A DNA stretch of 64,000 nt from an uncultured Candidatus Bathyarchaeia archaeon (GTDB lineage: Archaea > Thermoproteota > Bathyarchaeia > TCS64). Shown one piece after another: positions 54,606 to 64,000 of the stretch (position 1 is the first letter of the stretch; each line of letters begins with the position of its first letter). The position numbers were made by a program, and so were the translations under genes. Below the pieces are notes generated by a model. The model searched no databases and was not told the origin of the DNA. It saw nothing but the letters and a program-made list of their open reading frames with translations. The stretch covers positions 135,733 to 199,732 of the forward strand of contig CAZPRN010000003.1 in the NCBI GenBank assembly GCA_964589605.1, read 5' to 3'.

Positions 54606-55964
54606 TTACCAAGGCTGCCTGTTTTTCGCGTATTCTGCCGAGTATAGGATTGATTCTAGGCTCATTCCGACGTTGTTCTTAATCGGGTTGAGGGTGACAT
54701 CAAAGTTCTCGTTGAGGTGCTTGTCGTAGTAGAGTAGCTTCGAGTACACTTTCTCCCTAAGCGCTTCAACCTCGCCTGTCCCTTTCTCAAGCTCCTGGTC
54801 CAGCACCATAGCCATGCCTCCCAGGTGCGTCATCCTGAACGAGACCTCCCTACCCTCGACGGCAACCTTCTCAGCCATTGTAGCTTTCCGGTTGTGGACC
54901 TCCTCGTTGAACCTCAGCACCGGGTTGCTGACGTTGGTTGCCTTGCTGATGAGTGGTTCCATCATCCCCGTGTACATCTCCTTCTGGGGAGTATCAGCGG
55001 AAAGAATAGGCAAAGCCTCCTGCCAGACATCAAGCAGTAAACCCTGAACATCCTCAACAAGCTCACTCTGGAACTCAAGGGAGTCACCTAGAGGACTATC
55101 GGTTGGTGTATCGTCCCACATCCTCGGATCGTACCAGAACGTGCATTCCGGAATCATCATGAACATGTGGGGGTTCCTCATCTGACCGTACTCGTAGATG
55201 TAGCACCCCGTGATGGGCTCGATGTTCCTGTTGCCGCTTGACCACTGACGAAGGTAGCCTCGTGCAGGTGTAATGTAATATGCCTGGCTGACACCGGGTG
55301 CAATGGTTGTACCGGGTCGTTTACGGGGGAAGATGCTGTATCTCCTCGCTGACTCCCAGAGATAGTGGTATAACTCGGGGCAGGGATGGGGGACCTGGTA
55401 TGTTATTCCGCCCCACTTCATCTGGTGGAGGCTGCTCACGAAATGGAAGTCCATCCGGTCCATTAGGCTCATCAAGGCACGGGTCTCAGCCGTTGGGTTG
55501 TTCAGGTCTAGTGGTCCGAACCGGAACGGGAAACACCATTCAGGGGTCTTGTATACCGGCGTTCTGTAATAGTTGAGGCTGAAATTCAGGACAGTCTGCT
55601 CTCCCTTCTGGAAGCCCTCGCATAGGCGGGCACCATCTGGGTCACTGCATGGGATCAGGTACCATGTATAATCTAACGCCTCCCGGGTGTCCTCATCTTC
55701 TGCGAGTCTTTGCGCCATATAATCAAGCATCGGTCCACCGATGGGCTCCTCGCAGTTGGGGAACCCGTGGATAAGGGCATTGTACTTGCCATCGCCTACC
55801 TTCATGCAGTCGATGGTCTCACCGTTGGTGGACTTGCCGAGGTCGATGTACTCGACTTCCTTGTACTCTTCAACGACCTTGGCTACCTTTTCATGTATCT
55901 CGTCAACCGTGTAGTATACCTTCCAGTCAGGGATGTCCCCTAGAAAACCCGAGTAGTCAACCAT
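54606..55964 (-). CDS. Zinc carboxypeptidase-like (M14 / AstE-AspA-like) protein
   Basis: LIHGFPNCEEPIGG resembles the H..E zinc site of M14/succinylglutamate desuccinylase-type hydrolases. The rest is unassigned. Confidence 0.4.
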   Translation of the reverse strand: MVDYSGFLGDIPDWKVYYTVDEIHEKVAKVVEEYKEVEYIDLGKSTNGETIDCMKVGDGKYNALIHGFPNCEEPIGGPMLDYMAQRLAEDEDTREALDYTWYLIPCSDPDGARLCEGFQKGEQTVLNFSLNYYRTPVYKTPEWCFPFRFGPLDLNNPTAETRALMSLMDRMDFHFVSSLHQMKWGGITYQVPHPCPELYHYLWESARRYSIFPRKRPGTTIAPGVSQAYYITPARGYLRQWSSGNRNIEPITGCYIYEYGQMRNPHMFMMIPECTFWYDPRMWDDTPTDSPLGDSLEFQSELVEDVQGLLLDVWQEALPILSADTPQKEMYTGMMEPLISKATNVSNPVLRFNEEVHNRKATMAEKVAVEGREVSFRMTHLGGMAMVLDQELEKGTGEVEALREKVYSKLLYYDKHLNENFDVTLNPIKNNVGMSLESILYSAEYAKNRQPW

Positions 55965-56006
55965 GGGTAAACACCCACCTTATCGTATATGAGATTACAG
56001 GAGCGG

Positions 56007-56846
56007 TCAGCCTGTGCCTTTTCCTAGGCTCTCCGTGAACTCTAATGATGGCTGCTCTGCGTCCGGGCAGAACTCCTGGTCCCAGTAGAACTCATCGCAG
56101 AAAGGTGCATGGTGTAACGTCTGGGTCCTACGCATGTACCGTTTCCTTCCAAGGTTCCACTCCGGTGAGTCCCCGGTGTAGCAAGATGAAAGATACGCGA
56201 TTTCCGGGTCGTTGAAATCCTTGAGAGCCTCGGGTACTAGGCACTTGTCAAACCTGTATATGACCCTGTGATCATCCAGAACAGCAAGGGTGAAATCACC
56301 TAATCCCGAGTTTGTCCAGTTACTCACGGCGTTGGGCTTCATCTCAACCGCCAATATCTCATCGTTGAGGTTGTGCTTTTGAGCCCTGACCTGCATGGTC
56401 ACGATTTCCTTGTAGAGGTGTACACCCTTCTCCTCTCCAAGTAGCTCCACAAGTGCCTTGACTCGATGGTAACCCAGTCTACGGAAGGACTTAGTGTACT
56501 TCATGCTTGTTACCATGATCTTATCTTCGGGTGATGTGTCGGAGGTAACTCCGAGGTGCATATTCGTGAAATGTAAAATTGATTTCACCAGTTTGGGGTA
56601 GTCTTTGATATGCGGTAGATCAAACTTCTCTTCCTTATCAAAGGATGGATCGTCGCTGTACCCCTTTAGGGCGTCCTGCAATCGACCATAAAGTGTTCTC
56701 ACATAATCATCCACGGTTTCTGGTTTGATCTCCAGTAAGAACCCTAGAAAGGAATCAGTGCTTTCGAGATTGTACTCGACCTCGCCCCGGATGGTCACCT
56801 CTGTTGGTTTCTCGGGATCATAGACATTATGGACCTCGATATTCAT
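56007..56846 (-). CDS. Hypothetical protein (possibly ATC-hydrolase-like, Cys-containing C-terminus)
   Basis: 279-aa ORF. The C-terminal SSCYTGD...RRTQTLHHAPFCDEF faintly resembles the L-2-amino-thiazoline-4-carboxylate hydrolase family. Confidence 0.5.
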   Translation of the reverse strand: MNIEVHNVYDPEKPTEVTIRGEVEYNLESTDSFLGFLLEIKPETVDDYVRTLYGRLQDALKGYSDDPSFDKEEKFDLPHIKDYPKLVKSILHFTNMHLGVTSDTSPEDKIMVTSMKYTKSFRRLGYHRVKALVELLGEEKGVHLYKEIVTMQVRAQKHNLNDEILAVEMKPNAVSNWTNSGLGDFTLAVLDDHRVIYRFDKCLVPEALKDFNDPEIAYLSSCYTGDSPEWNLGRKRYMRRTQTLHHAPFCDEFYWDQEFCPDAEQPSLEFTESLGKGTG

Positions 56847-56975
56847 GCGTAACCCTCTACGAGATGACCTAGGCTAGGTTTTGCATATGAATATTATCAA
56901 GAATCAGTTTTGAAGTTCAGCCCACGTTTTTGATTTTATATAATTTCAGGGATATACATACTCAGGCTGCGTTAT

Positions 56976-58712
56976 ATGAGAGGAAAATGGCATCTAGCGT
57001 TCATTTTCATTGTACTTGTTTGTATCTCCCTTCATCATGAGGAGATTTGTGTATGTTCCGATGAATTAGTCATAACAAGTACAGTTACCGTTCGATCAGG
57101 TAAGTCGAAGACATACGAGAACCTGACGATATACTATGACTCCTCGATGGGTCCAGTCTTCGACGCCAGTGGGTCTTTGAGGATGATTAACTGCAAGGTT
57201 GTGCCCCTTAATGGCCCAGTGGACTTCATCGAATCGTATGAAGGGGAAGTTTACCTGGAAAACGTGACAGTGATCAATCCTGTATTCAACAACACGGCCA
57301 AGTTATTCCACATAGAATCGTCGGATGTAACTCTAATCGACTCGGATTTTGAGGGCTTCAGGGGATCCGAGACATGGTGGATTGATGACATGGTTATCTC
57401 CAACTGTAGTTTTAATATGACGGGGCAGATTCGTTTCGAGGCCAACAATAAACTGACCGTAACCGGTAGCAGGTTTGACCTATACACGAACCGGAGCGCA
57501 ACGTTTCTTAATATCAGGGGTTCAAGTCGTAGTCGATTCTATAACAACAATATTACTTTACCATTAGAAACAGCGATAAGGCTTGGTGCATGGCTAACCG
57601 CGGTTGATTTCTTCCGTACCAATGATACCGTGTTCGCTGGCAATGAGGTTAGGAACGCGGGGAAGGTGTTCGTAGCGAATGGAGCTATAGACGTCGTGTG
57701 TAGGGACAACATCCTAGCGAACGACGAGTACGTCAACTCGGAGCTACAGGTAACTGGTGGAAGCAGGAACGTCCTGATTGCAGACAACGTGATCTGGAAC
57801 CTACATGACAGCATTGAGATTTACGATCACGATAACATCACCCTGGTTGGCAACCATATAACCACGAACGTCCTCGGGTTCTACATAAAACCATCAAACA
57901 CCTCAGCCCCGACAGAAGTCTATATCCTCAATAACACCCAGATCGGAGGATCGGTTTCAACGCAGGTCACAAACGGGCTGGTCATAGATGGCAACAAGTT
58001 CATAGACACCACTCCAATCCACCTCAGAAACAACACAAACACAGTCTTCACGAATAACATCCTAGAAAACAGCACACTTCTAAACGATGATAGCGCCAAC
58101 ACAACGATCGATGGAAACGTGGTTCTGACAGAGCCTGACATCTTATGGTTCCGAAGCCGGGGGGACTCATCTGAAACCCTAGGCACGAATCAGGTGCATA
58201 TTCTTGAGGACTACCCGCCAGAGATCACTAACATTGTGTTCCACCCGTCGAACCCCCTTGACAATGAAACAATCACAGTCAGAGCGGATGTGTGGGACGG
58301 CACAGGAATACAGTATGTCATGTTCCACAGCAGTGTAGACGATCGCTCGTGGGACTCTAGAGAAATGACACAGATTTCAGATGATGCTTACGAGATCGAG
58401 ATTGGACCATACGTGAATGACACCGTTGTCGAGTTCTACCTATCCGCACAGGATAAATCGTACAACGAAAACATCGGGACCGAGGACAAAGATGGTGAGT
58501 ATTACAGGTTACACGTGAAGGTTAACAAACCAACTGTTGCCTCAGAACCCGCACAAGAGCCCATCTCAGAACCGGAACCAACTTCCCAAAGGAGAATCCC
58601 GGGTTTTCCCTTATGGTCAATCATCGTAGCGATAGGACTAGTATCTTTGATACAGGGGCATAGAGAGCGCACCCACAATCAGACCAACTACTCCCCATAC
58701 ATATCCGGGTAA
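56976..58712 (+). CDS. Secreted right-handed parallel beta-helix repeat protein with PGF-CTERM-like anchor
   Basis: Signal peptide, many N-x-(I/V)-x-x-N-type beta-helix repeats (NosD/pectate-lyase-like), and C-terminal RRIPGFPLWSIIVAIGLVSLIQG. Confidence 0.75.
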   Translation: MRGKWHLAFIFIVLVCISLHHEEICVCSDELVITSTVTVRSGKSKTYENLTIYYDSSMGPVFDASGSLRMINCKVVPLNGPVDFIESYEGEVYLENVTVINPVFNNTAKLFHIESSDVTLIDSDFEGFRGSETWWIDDMVISNCSFNMTGQIRFEANNKLTVTGSRFDLYTNRSATFLNIRGSSRSRFYNNNITLPLETAIRLGAWLTAVDFFRTNDTVFAGNEVRNAGKVFVANGAIDVVCRDNILANDEYVNSELQVTGGSRNVLIADNVIWNLHDSIEIYDHDNITLVGNHITTNVLGFYIKPSNTSAPTEVYILNNTQIGGSVSTQVTNGLVIDGNKFIDTTPIHLRNNTNTVFTNNILENSTLLNDDSANTTIDGNVVLTEPDILWFRSRGDSSETLGTNQVHILEDYPPEITNIVFHPSNPLDNETITVRADVWDGTGIQYVMFHSSVDDRSWDSREMTQISDDAYEIEIGPYVNDTVVEFYLSAQDKSYNENIGTEDKDGEYYRLHVKVNKPTVASEPAQEPISEPEPTSQRRIPGFPLWSIIVAIGLVSLIQGHRERTHNQTNYSPYISG

Positions 58713-59189
58713 CTCAGGTATGTTTAACCCTGACAATGAGGGAAGTGAGAAATCACCTAGACCACCCATTGGACCAGGCTCCTGTCCACCGGATACCTCG
58801 ATCTGAAAATCCACTGACCCGGGATCAGCTGTGACCCACTCTTCCCCGTCCTTGTATAGTACCTCAACCCTATACTCGTAGACACCATTTGTATCCGGTA
58901 CCCTAAAGGGAAGCTGATAGTTCTTATCACCCACCCCACTGACGACGCTAGGCACTTGCTCAATATAGTAACCATCATCAACACTCCACACAGTAGCGGC
59001 AATCTCATTGTCGTAGTCGAACTCTCACAGCACCCGTATCCCTACCTCTGTGAAGGTATCTGCGTCAGCTGAGTCGGGGGAGCTATACGAATCGATCCAA
59101 ACCTCGTTCCTGTTAGCTGTGACGTGTACAACTTGGGACGCAATGGACAAGATCAATGCGCTTAGAATGATTAATCTGAGATTCTTCAT
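58638..59189 (-). pseudogene. Secreted protein gene with signal peptide and PGY-TM C-terminal tail, interrupted by an in-frame TGA at 59025-59027
   Basis: MKNLRLIILSALILSIASQ...GIRVL-TGA-EFDYDNEIAATVWSVDDG... continues in the same frame and ends ELPGYVWGVVGLIVGALSMPLYQRY. Confidence 0.55.
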
Positions 59190-59253
59190 GAACAGCGGTT
59201 CAGAAGAATGTGTAAAAGGATGTGGGATTGTCCACGGGACACACACCAAGGGG

Positions 59254-60708
59254 CTAGGAAAGCTCTGCGTATCGGTAGAGGACTGATGCAAAGCTCTTCT
59301 CGCATCCCGCCAGCCCATGTACCTTGTCGTTACCCTCGATGACGAAGTACTCGTTGGGGCTGTGCGCCCTCGTGCCATGCCCCAACATGCCCCAAGCGAA
59401 GCCGTCTTTCAGGTAAAGTGGACCATGTACGAAGAGGCTGAAAGGTCCATACCCGATGTTCCTGAGCACCTTCTTGGGGGTAATACCGAAGCTCTCGTAT
59501 GTCTCAGAGAGTGACACCCAGAGTGATGACTTGAGGCTGGTTCTGGCCCACTCGCCCTTAGCTAGTTGGGTGACCTTGATGTCGCTGTACCCATGCTTGT
59601 CAAGGTGTGCCCGGACCAATGGAAGGAACTCCTCTGCCTTCTGGTCAGGCACGAACCTGACGTCCATCTTTACATTTGCCTTGTGCGGGAGAAGGGTCTT
59701 GCTTCCGGGACCAGTATACCCGCTGTACAGTCCATCGATGTTGAGGCCGCTTGGCTCACAATAGTATCTCCGCAGAAGCTCCCTGTTGTCATCCTCGCTG
59801 TATGCGAACTCGTCTATATGGAGAGCCTTCTTTATGAGTGAGAAATCGAACTGGTCTGCCAGTTCGTCGAGTAACTCGTTCTCCTCCTCTGTCGGAGGGG
59901 CGGCGTTGTCGTACCAGCCATCAATTAGGCATGTGTTACCATCATCTGATGTCATGGATTTCAATGCGTGAATCAGCCTCCACGCCGGGTTGTCCACGAT
60001 CACCTTGTTGCTCCCGTGGATACCAAACTTTGTCGGCCCCTTTCCCCATAGCTCGCCACTGCATTCAAGCTCGAAATACGAGATACCCTTCGTTCCGGGA
60101 CACACAGTAACGGAGCCATCAATCTTCTGTCCTCCCAGCGGGAAGAACATGCCATCAGCCTTCTGCAGCCTCTCCTTGTGCTGCTCAAGGAACCAAGGTA
60201 AGTGTCTGCTCGCCTGCTCCTCCTCGCCCTCTGCAAGAAGGATGAGGTTGACTGGAAGCTTGTCGGCCTCGTTGATGCTTTCAACCGTGTTGAGGAACGC
60301 CATCATCGGTCCCTTGCTGTTGATTGCACCCCTCGCCACCATGGTGGTCTTGAATGGCGGAAGGTCACCGATCTGGTAGTCGGGAACAAGCTCCGCCTCG
60401 AAGGGCTCAACAATCCAGTCCGGTTCATCCGCGGGCATGCAGTCATACATCATGTAGATGATCAGGGTCTTCTCGGCTCCCGCATCGATCTCACCGTACA
60501 CCACGGGCCAGCCTGGGGTCTCCCTTATCTCAGCGATATTGCAGCCTAACCCCTCGTACACCTTTCTGAGGTACTCGGCTCCCTCCTCCATTCCCTCACC
60601 TGTGTTACTGACAGTGGGCTGCCTGATGAAGCCCTGAACCTGTTTGACGTGTTTCTCGAAACTGTGGTCTATGTTAGTGTATACGCGTTCCAAAGCATCG
60701 TTGACCAT
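59254..60708 (-). CDS. M20-family dipeptidase-like metallopeptidase
   Basis: YMMYDCMP, ARGAINSKGP and LAEGEEEQAS motifs (H/D-D-E-E/D-H type M20 sites), about 480 aa. Confidence 0.7.
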   Translation of the reverse strand: MVNDALERVYTNIDHSFEKHVKQVQGFIRQPTVSNTGEGMEEGAEYLRKVYEGLGCNIAEIRETPGWPVVYGEIDAGAEKTLIIYMMYDCMPADEPDWIVEPFEAELVPDYQIGDLPPFKTTMVARGAINSKGPMMAFLNTVESINEADKLPVNLILLAEGEEEQASRHLPWFLEQHKERLQKADGMFFPLGGQKIDGSVTVCPGTKGISYFELECSGELWGKGPTKFGIHGSNKVIVDNPAWRLIHALKSMTSDDGNTCLIDGWYDNAAPPTEEENELLDELADQFDFSLIKKALHIDEFAYSEDDNRELLRRYYCEPSGLNIDGLYSGYTGPGSKTLLPHKANVKMDVRFVPDQKAEEFLPLVRAHLDKHGYSDIKVTQLAKGEWARTSLKSSLWVSLSETYESFGITPKKVLRNIGYGPFSLFVHGPLYLKDGFAWGMLGHGTRAHSPNEYFVIEGNDKVHGLAGCEKSFASVLYRYAELS

Positions 60709-60745
60709 GGGGGAATAGGAGCAGAGCGGGTTGAAATATTTTCAG

Positions 60746-61933
60746 TTAGAGGGATCCGAGGATTTGGAGTGTCCTGTCAACCTCGTCCATGCTGTTGTAG
60801 ATGTGGGTGCTGAAACGTATTCCCCTGCCCTGGGATAACGCCCTTGGCTGGATTTTTCCCTGCGCCCAGAGAGTGTCCTGAACCATCTTATCATCCACGC
60901 CTCTTACTTTGAACGTGGTCAGGCCAGCGCACATGGAGTCAACGGGTGTCACAACCTCTACCCCGTCAATCTTTCTTAGCCCAGCTCGTAACCTATCACC
61001 AAGCTCTTTGATCCTTGCATAAACCCTATCAGGCCCTATCTCAAAGTGGAAATCAAGGGCAGCTTCAAACCCTACTAGCAGGGATGGGTTCCCAGTGCCC
61101 CTCTGCCCTAACCTGTACCCATTGTCCTCATGGTTGTCCCACTGGCTGCTTGCAAGGGTTGTCCAAACCTCGTCGATGAGTTCATCCTTGACATAAAGGA
61201 ATCCATTCCCCGCGGGAGCCATCAACCACTTGTGGGGGCTCCCATAGTATGCATCACAACCCAGCTTCTCTACATCAATCTTGATGTGCCCAGGAGTCTG
61301 AGCCCCATCCACCACGGAGATTGCTCCATTCTCCTCCGCCAGCTTACATAGCTGCTCCACCGGGAACTCGATCCCCTGCTCTGAGGAGATGTGGGGGAAC
61401 GAGACAAGGAACGTGTCAGGGGTGATGGTTTTCTCAAAAGCGGCTACGATCTCCGCCGGTCCATCGATGCTCCGAGGAATGTCGATCATACTGTACCTTG
61501 ATCCATGTCTTTTCGCGTGGAGCTCCCATGCACACCTGCCACCAGGGTGCTCGATGTCTGTGGTCAAAACCACCGCCCCCTCCGGTATCTCCAGTCCACC
61601 TGCGAGTAGGTTCATACCCACTGTGGCGTTCTGAGTCAAGGCAACGGTACGATAATCAGCGTTGATGAGCCTGCCCACCTTCTCCCTGAGCTCAACGTAA
61701 GGCCCATACCCGGATAGGAGGCTCTGCCCCCCACCAGCCCAGTCAACGTGAGCTGCTTTGATGTTGGATTGCAGCGTATGGTCAAACATAGCCCTTAGCA
61801 CACGTAGGGGGGAAGCGCCGATAGTACCGGTGTTGCAGTAAGCCTCGTCAGGGGGCATCGGCCACTGCCCCCGCAGCTCATCCCAGTAACCCGGATCATC
61901 AACCCCCGGCAAGGGTGGAACATCAACAGACAT
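60746..61933 (-). CDS. Class V aminotransferase-fold PLP enzyme (cysteine desulfurase / epimerase-like)
   Basis: VDGAQTPGH and YYGSPHKWLMAPAGNGFLYV (PLP lysine in SPHKW). Confidence 0.75.
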   Translation of the reverse strand: MSVDVPPLPGVDDPGYWDELRGQWPMPPDEAYCNTGTIGASPLRVLRAMFDHTLQSNIKAAHVDWAGGGQSLLSGYGPYVELREKVGRLINADYRTVALTQNATVGMNLLAGGLEIPEGAVVLTTDIEHPGGRCAWELHAKRHGSRYSMIDIPRSIDGPAEIVAAFEKTITPDTFLVSFPHISSEQGIEFPVEQLCKLAEENGAISVVDGAQTPGHIKIDVEKLGCDAYYGSPHKWLMAPAGNGFLYVKDELIDEVWTTLASSQWDNHEDNGYRLGQRGTGNPSLLVGFEAALDFHFEIGPDRVYARIKELGDRLRAGLRKIDGVEVVTPVDSMCAGLTTFKVRGVDDKMVQDTLWAQGKIQPRALSQGRGIRFSTHIYNSMDEVDRTLQILGSL

Positions 61934-62050
61934 GGGTAAAACCTCCGCTCACACGATATTTAATACGTGTCAAGAATTTTTTTTCGCCTTATCCCTAGTG
62001 GCTGGTTCGGAGCACCAACGTATTATACGCGAAGCACCCAGAAAAAGCCC

Positions 62051-62731
62051 ATGAAGGCAGTCTGCTTCGACCTCGACGGCACCATATGCGACCTCTGGGA
62101 AGGAGAACACAAGGCACGGGACATCCTAATAGACAGACTCGTGGAGGAAACCGGGCATGAAAGAGGTTCACTGGCATCAACCTACGACGCTGAATGGGCA
62201 AAGATCAAGGCCGAGTACATGGCCCTCGTCGCCCAGGGCCTGGAAGAAGTGGACATAAGGGAGAAGCACATGAACACGCTAAAGACAGCCCTCAAAACAG
62301 GGATAGATGCACAGGGCTACGCCGAGTTACACTGCCAAGAGACCATGAATGGCATATACATCTACCCTGACGCACGAGACGTCCTGAAATCAGTTGGAGA
62401 GAAATACAGACTATGCATGATCACCAACGGGGCATCCAAGTGGCAGCGAGAGAAAATCGAGAAACTGGACCTAGCCGAGTACTTTGAGGAGATCATCGTA
62501 TCCGGTGAGCTGGGACACCACAAACCAAGCCCACGGATATTCAACGAGATGACCACAAGGATGGATGTCCAGCCTGATGAGATCATGTACGTGGGCAACG
62601 ATTACAGGAAGGACATTATGGGGGCCGACGCAGCTGGCTGGGAGACTGCATGGGTAAACAGGGTTCACGAAGACATTGGAACGGTGAAACCCACACAGCA
62701 CATCAAAGAGCTCTCGGAGCTAAACCTGTAG
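62051..62731 (+). CDS. HAD-superfamily hydrolase (subfamily IA-like)
   Basis: MKAVCFDLDGTICD (motif I), MITNGAS (II), HKPSP (III) and VGNDYRKDI (IV). The internal ATG at 62051 was chosen. Confidence 0.8.
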   Translation: MKAVCFDLDGTICDLWEGEHKARDILIDRLVEETGHERGSLASTYDAEWAKIKAEYMALVAQGLEEVDIREKHMNTLKTALKTGIDAQGYAELHCQETMNGIYIYPDARDVLKSVGEKYRLCMITNGASKWQREKIEKLDLAEYFEEIIVSGELGHHKPSPRIFNEMTTRMDVQPDEIMYVGNDYRKDIMGADAAGWETAWVNRVHEDIGTVKPTQHIKELSELNL

Positions 62732-62803
62732 GAACATTTCTTCCATCAATGAAATAACTCACCTCTATGACCCGCCGAGATCAAAATAAAATTCGTGGAG
62801 CCC

Positions 62804-63874
62804 CTAGACTAGGGATTCCTCGTCCTCGACAGGTACAAGCCTCCCTGACCTGTACCACCTGAACAGTCGGACACCACTGTACCCGAGCGCAATAAAGGGT
62901 CCAAGAACTATCACCATGGTCAGCATACCCTGAGCCATCGTGAACAACACTGAGAGCCCGTTTCTCACAGGCACTCCCCAGTCCACGGCTGGGAACCAGG
63001 CCTGAATGACCTCCACCTCCTTGATTTCCTCGCGAAGCGACACGGTGATTGTTGAAAGCTCCACCCTGTTGTCAAGGAACTTTATCCTGCCCTGGATGCT
63101 CTCAATCCTCCCTCTCACACGTTCAAGCTCACGCTCCACCTTGAGAACCGAGTCAACCGTCGTACCCATCTCCATGATCTCGAACAGCCTCGACTCCTGG
63201 TGTTGTAGCGTTACCAGTTGTGCCTCAAGATCAACATATTCCTCCGTGACGTCCTCTCCCATCATGTCCCGTGTGGTCACCTCCCCTACCTCCTCCAGAT
63301 CGGTGAGAGCGCCATGGAACTTGCTCTGAGGTATCCTTAGAGAGACTGAGCCACGCTCATCCCTCGTGTTCACCTCGGAGATATAGCCGCTGTGCATCAC
63401 CGAGATGAGTTTGATCTGGTCTAGGGAAGCATCGATATCATCGACCTTGAGACCCAGGTAGGCGCTGTAAACCACCATCCTGCCCGTCAGGTCCTCTATG
63501 TCAACGACCTCAAATGCGAGGTCGTCGACCTCCGCTTCTACATTAAACAGGTTTGGTAGAGAGAAACCTGAACTGGCTGATCTTGCCGAGGTAGCAACGG
63601 CCGCTACAGCTGCATCAGCAGCAGCCATTGAGGGGGCGTTAGCACTAGTTGTGACTGATAAACCAACTGTATCATAGTGGACATTTGTCTCCCCTCCCTC
63701 ATCATTTGATTCAGGCCTCATTGCATCCCCAACTATGAATGCGCTGTATGAGAGCGCAAGTACAAGAACTATGGATATGATCGCCCTTCTTCCGGGCACT
63801 CTTACTTTGAACAGTTTTAACATTGTTTTTCCTTCCACTTGTTTAAATAAACGTGAATCTAACGTGTATTTCAT
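62804..63874 (-). CDS. DUF4349-like membrane-anchored protein
   Basis: N-terminal TM helix, central coiled coil (VDLEAQLVTLQHQESRL..ERELERVRGRIESIQGRIKFLDNRVELSTITVSL) and C-terminal TM helices, the layout typical of DUF4349. Confidence 0.6.
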   Translation of the reverse strand: MKYTLDSRLFKQVEGKTMLKLFKVRVPGRRAIISIVLVLALSYSAFIVGDAMRPESNDEGGETNVHYDTVGLSVTTSANAPSMAAADAAVAAVATSARSASSGFSLPNLFNVEAEVDDLAFEVVDIEDLTGRMVVYSAYLGLKVDDIDASLDQIKLISVMHSGYISEVNTRDERGSVSLRIPQSKFHGALTDLEEVGEVTTRDMMGEDVTEEYVDLEAQLVTLQHQESRLFEIMEMGTTVDSVLKVERELERVRGRIESIQGRIKFLDNRVELSTITVSLREEIKEVEVIQAWFPAVDWGVPVRNGLSVLFTMAQGMLTMVIVLGPFIALGYSGVRLFRWYRSGRLVPVEDEESLV

Positions 63875-64000
63875 CTTACGTTTTAGAACAAGTGTCCTAG
63901 AACGTAGAACGACGGGCGTGTTTTGATCAGTATTTAGGTCACCTTTCCGTTTTGATCAACGTGAAAAGAAGCATCAACGCGTCCTTAGCTGTAATCTCGG

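Overview
Archaeal chromosomal fragment. Diagnostic genes are RNA polymerase subunits P and H, RNase P Rpp21, diphthine synthase, RtcB, a CTP-type riboflavin kinase fused to a wHTH, RibL, a four-subunit 2-oxoacid:ferredoxin oxidoreductase and PGF-CTERM-type tails. No database search was possible, so every call rests on motifs read from the ORF translations. Most of the window is GC-rich (a sampled 60-nt line is about 57% GC). The GC-rich part encodes housekeeping genes, a glycosylation cluster (about 16.4-26.3 kb), tandem paralog pairs (two CN-hydrolases, two amidohydrolases) and a peptide/amino-acid catabolism block (50.6-62 kb). The main feature is an AT-rich segment of about 14.8 kb (a sampled line is about 32% GC) inserted at the 3' end of an initiator-type tRNA-Met. 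It is bounded by a perfect 17-nt direct repeat (34447-34463 and 49250-49266). This segment carries an intact tyrosine integrase, an Orc1/Cdc6 initiator with repeated ATTCCRTTAT-like motifs in both flanking intergenic regions, and several unassignable multidomain proteins. It also carries a tightly coupled nurA-herA-mre11-rad50 cassette followed by a small Hjc-like PD-(D/E)xK nuclease gene, so a complete DNA-end-resection machine appears to ride on a mobile element. Other points of interest are an RpoH with a eukaryotic Rpb5-like N-terminal extension encoded outside an rpoHBA context, and two secreted-protein genes interrupted by in-frame stops (TAG plus a frameshift; TGA). There is also a diphthine synthase with an extra C-terminal domain, a riboflavin kinase/regulator with repeat motifs upstream, and a RusA-like resolvase beside tRNA-Ser. 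No CRISPR array or rRNA gene was seen.
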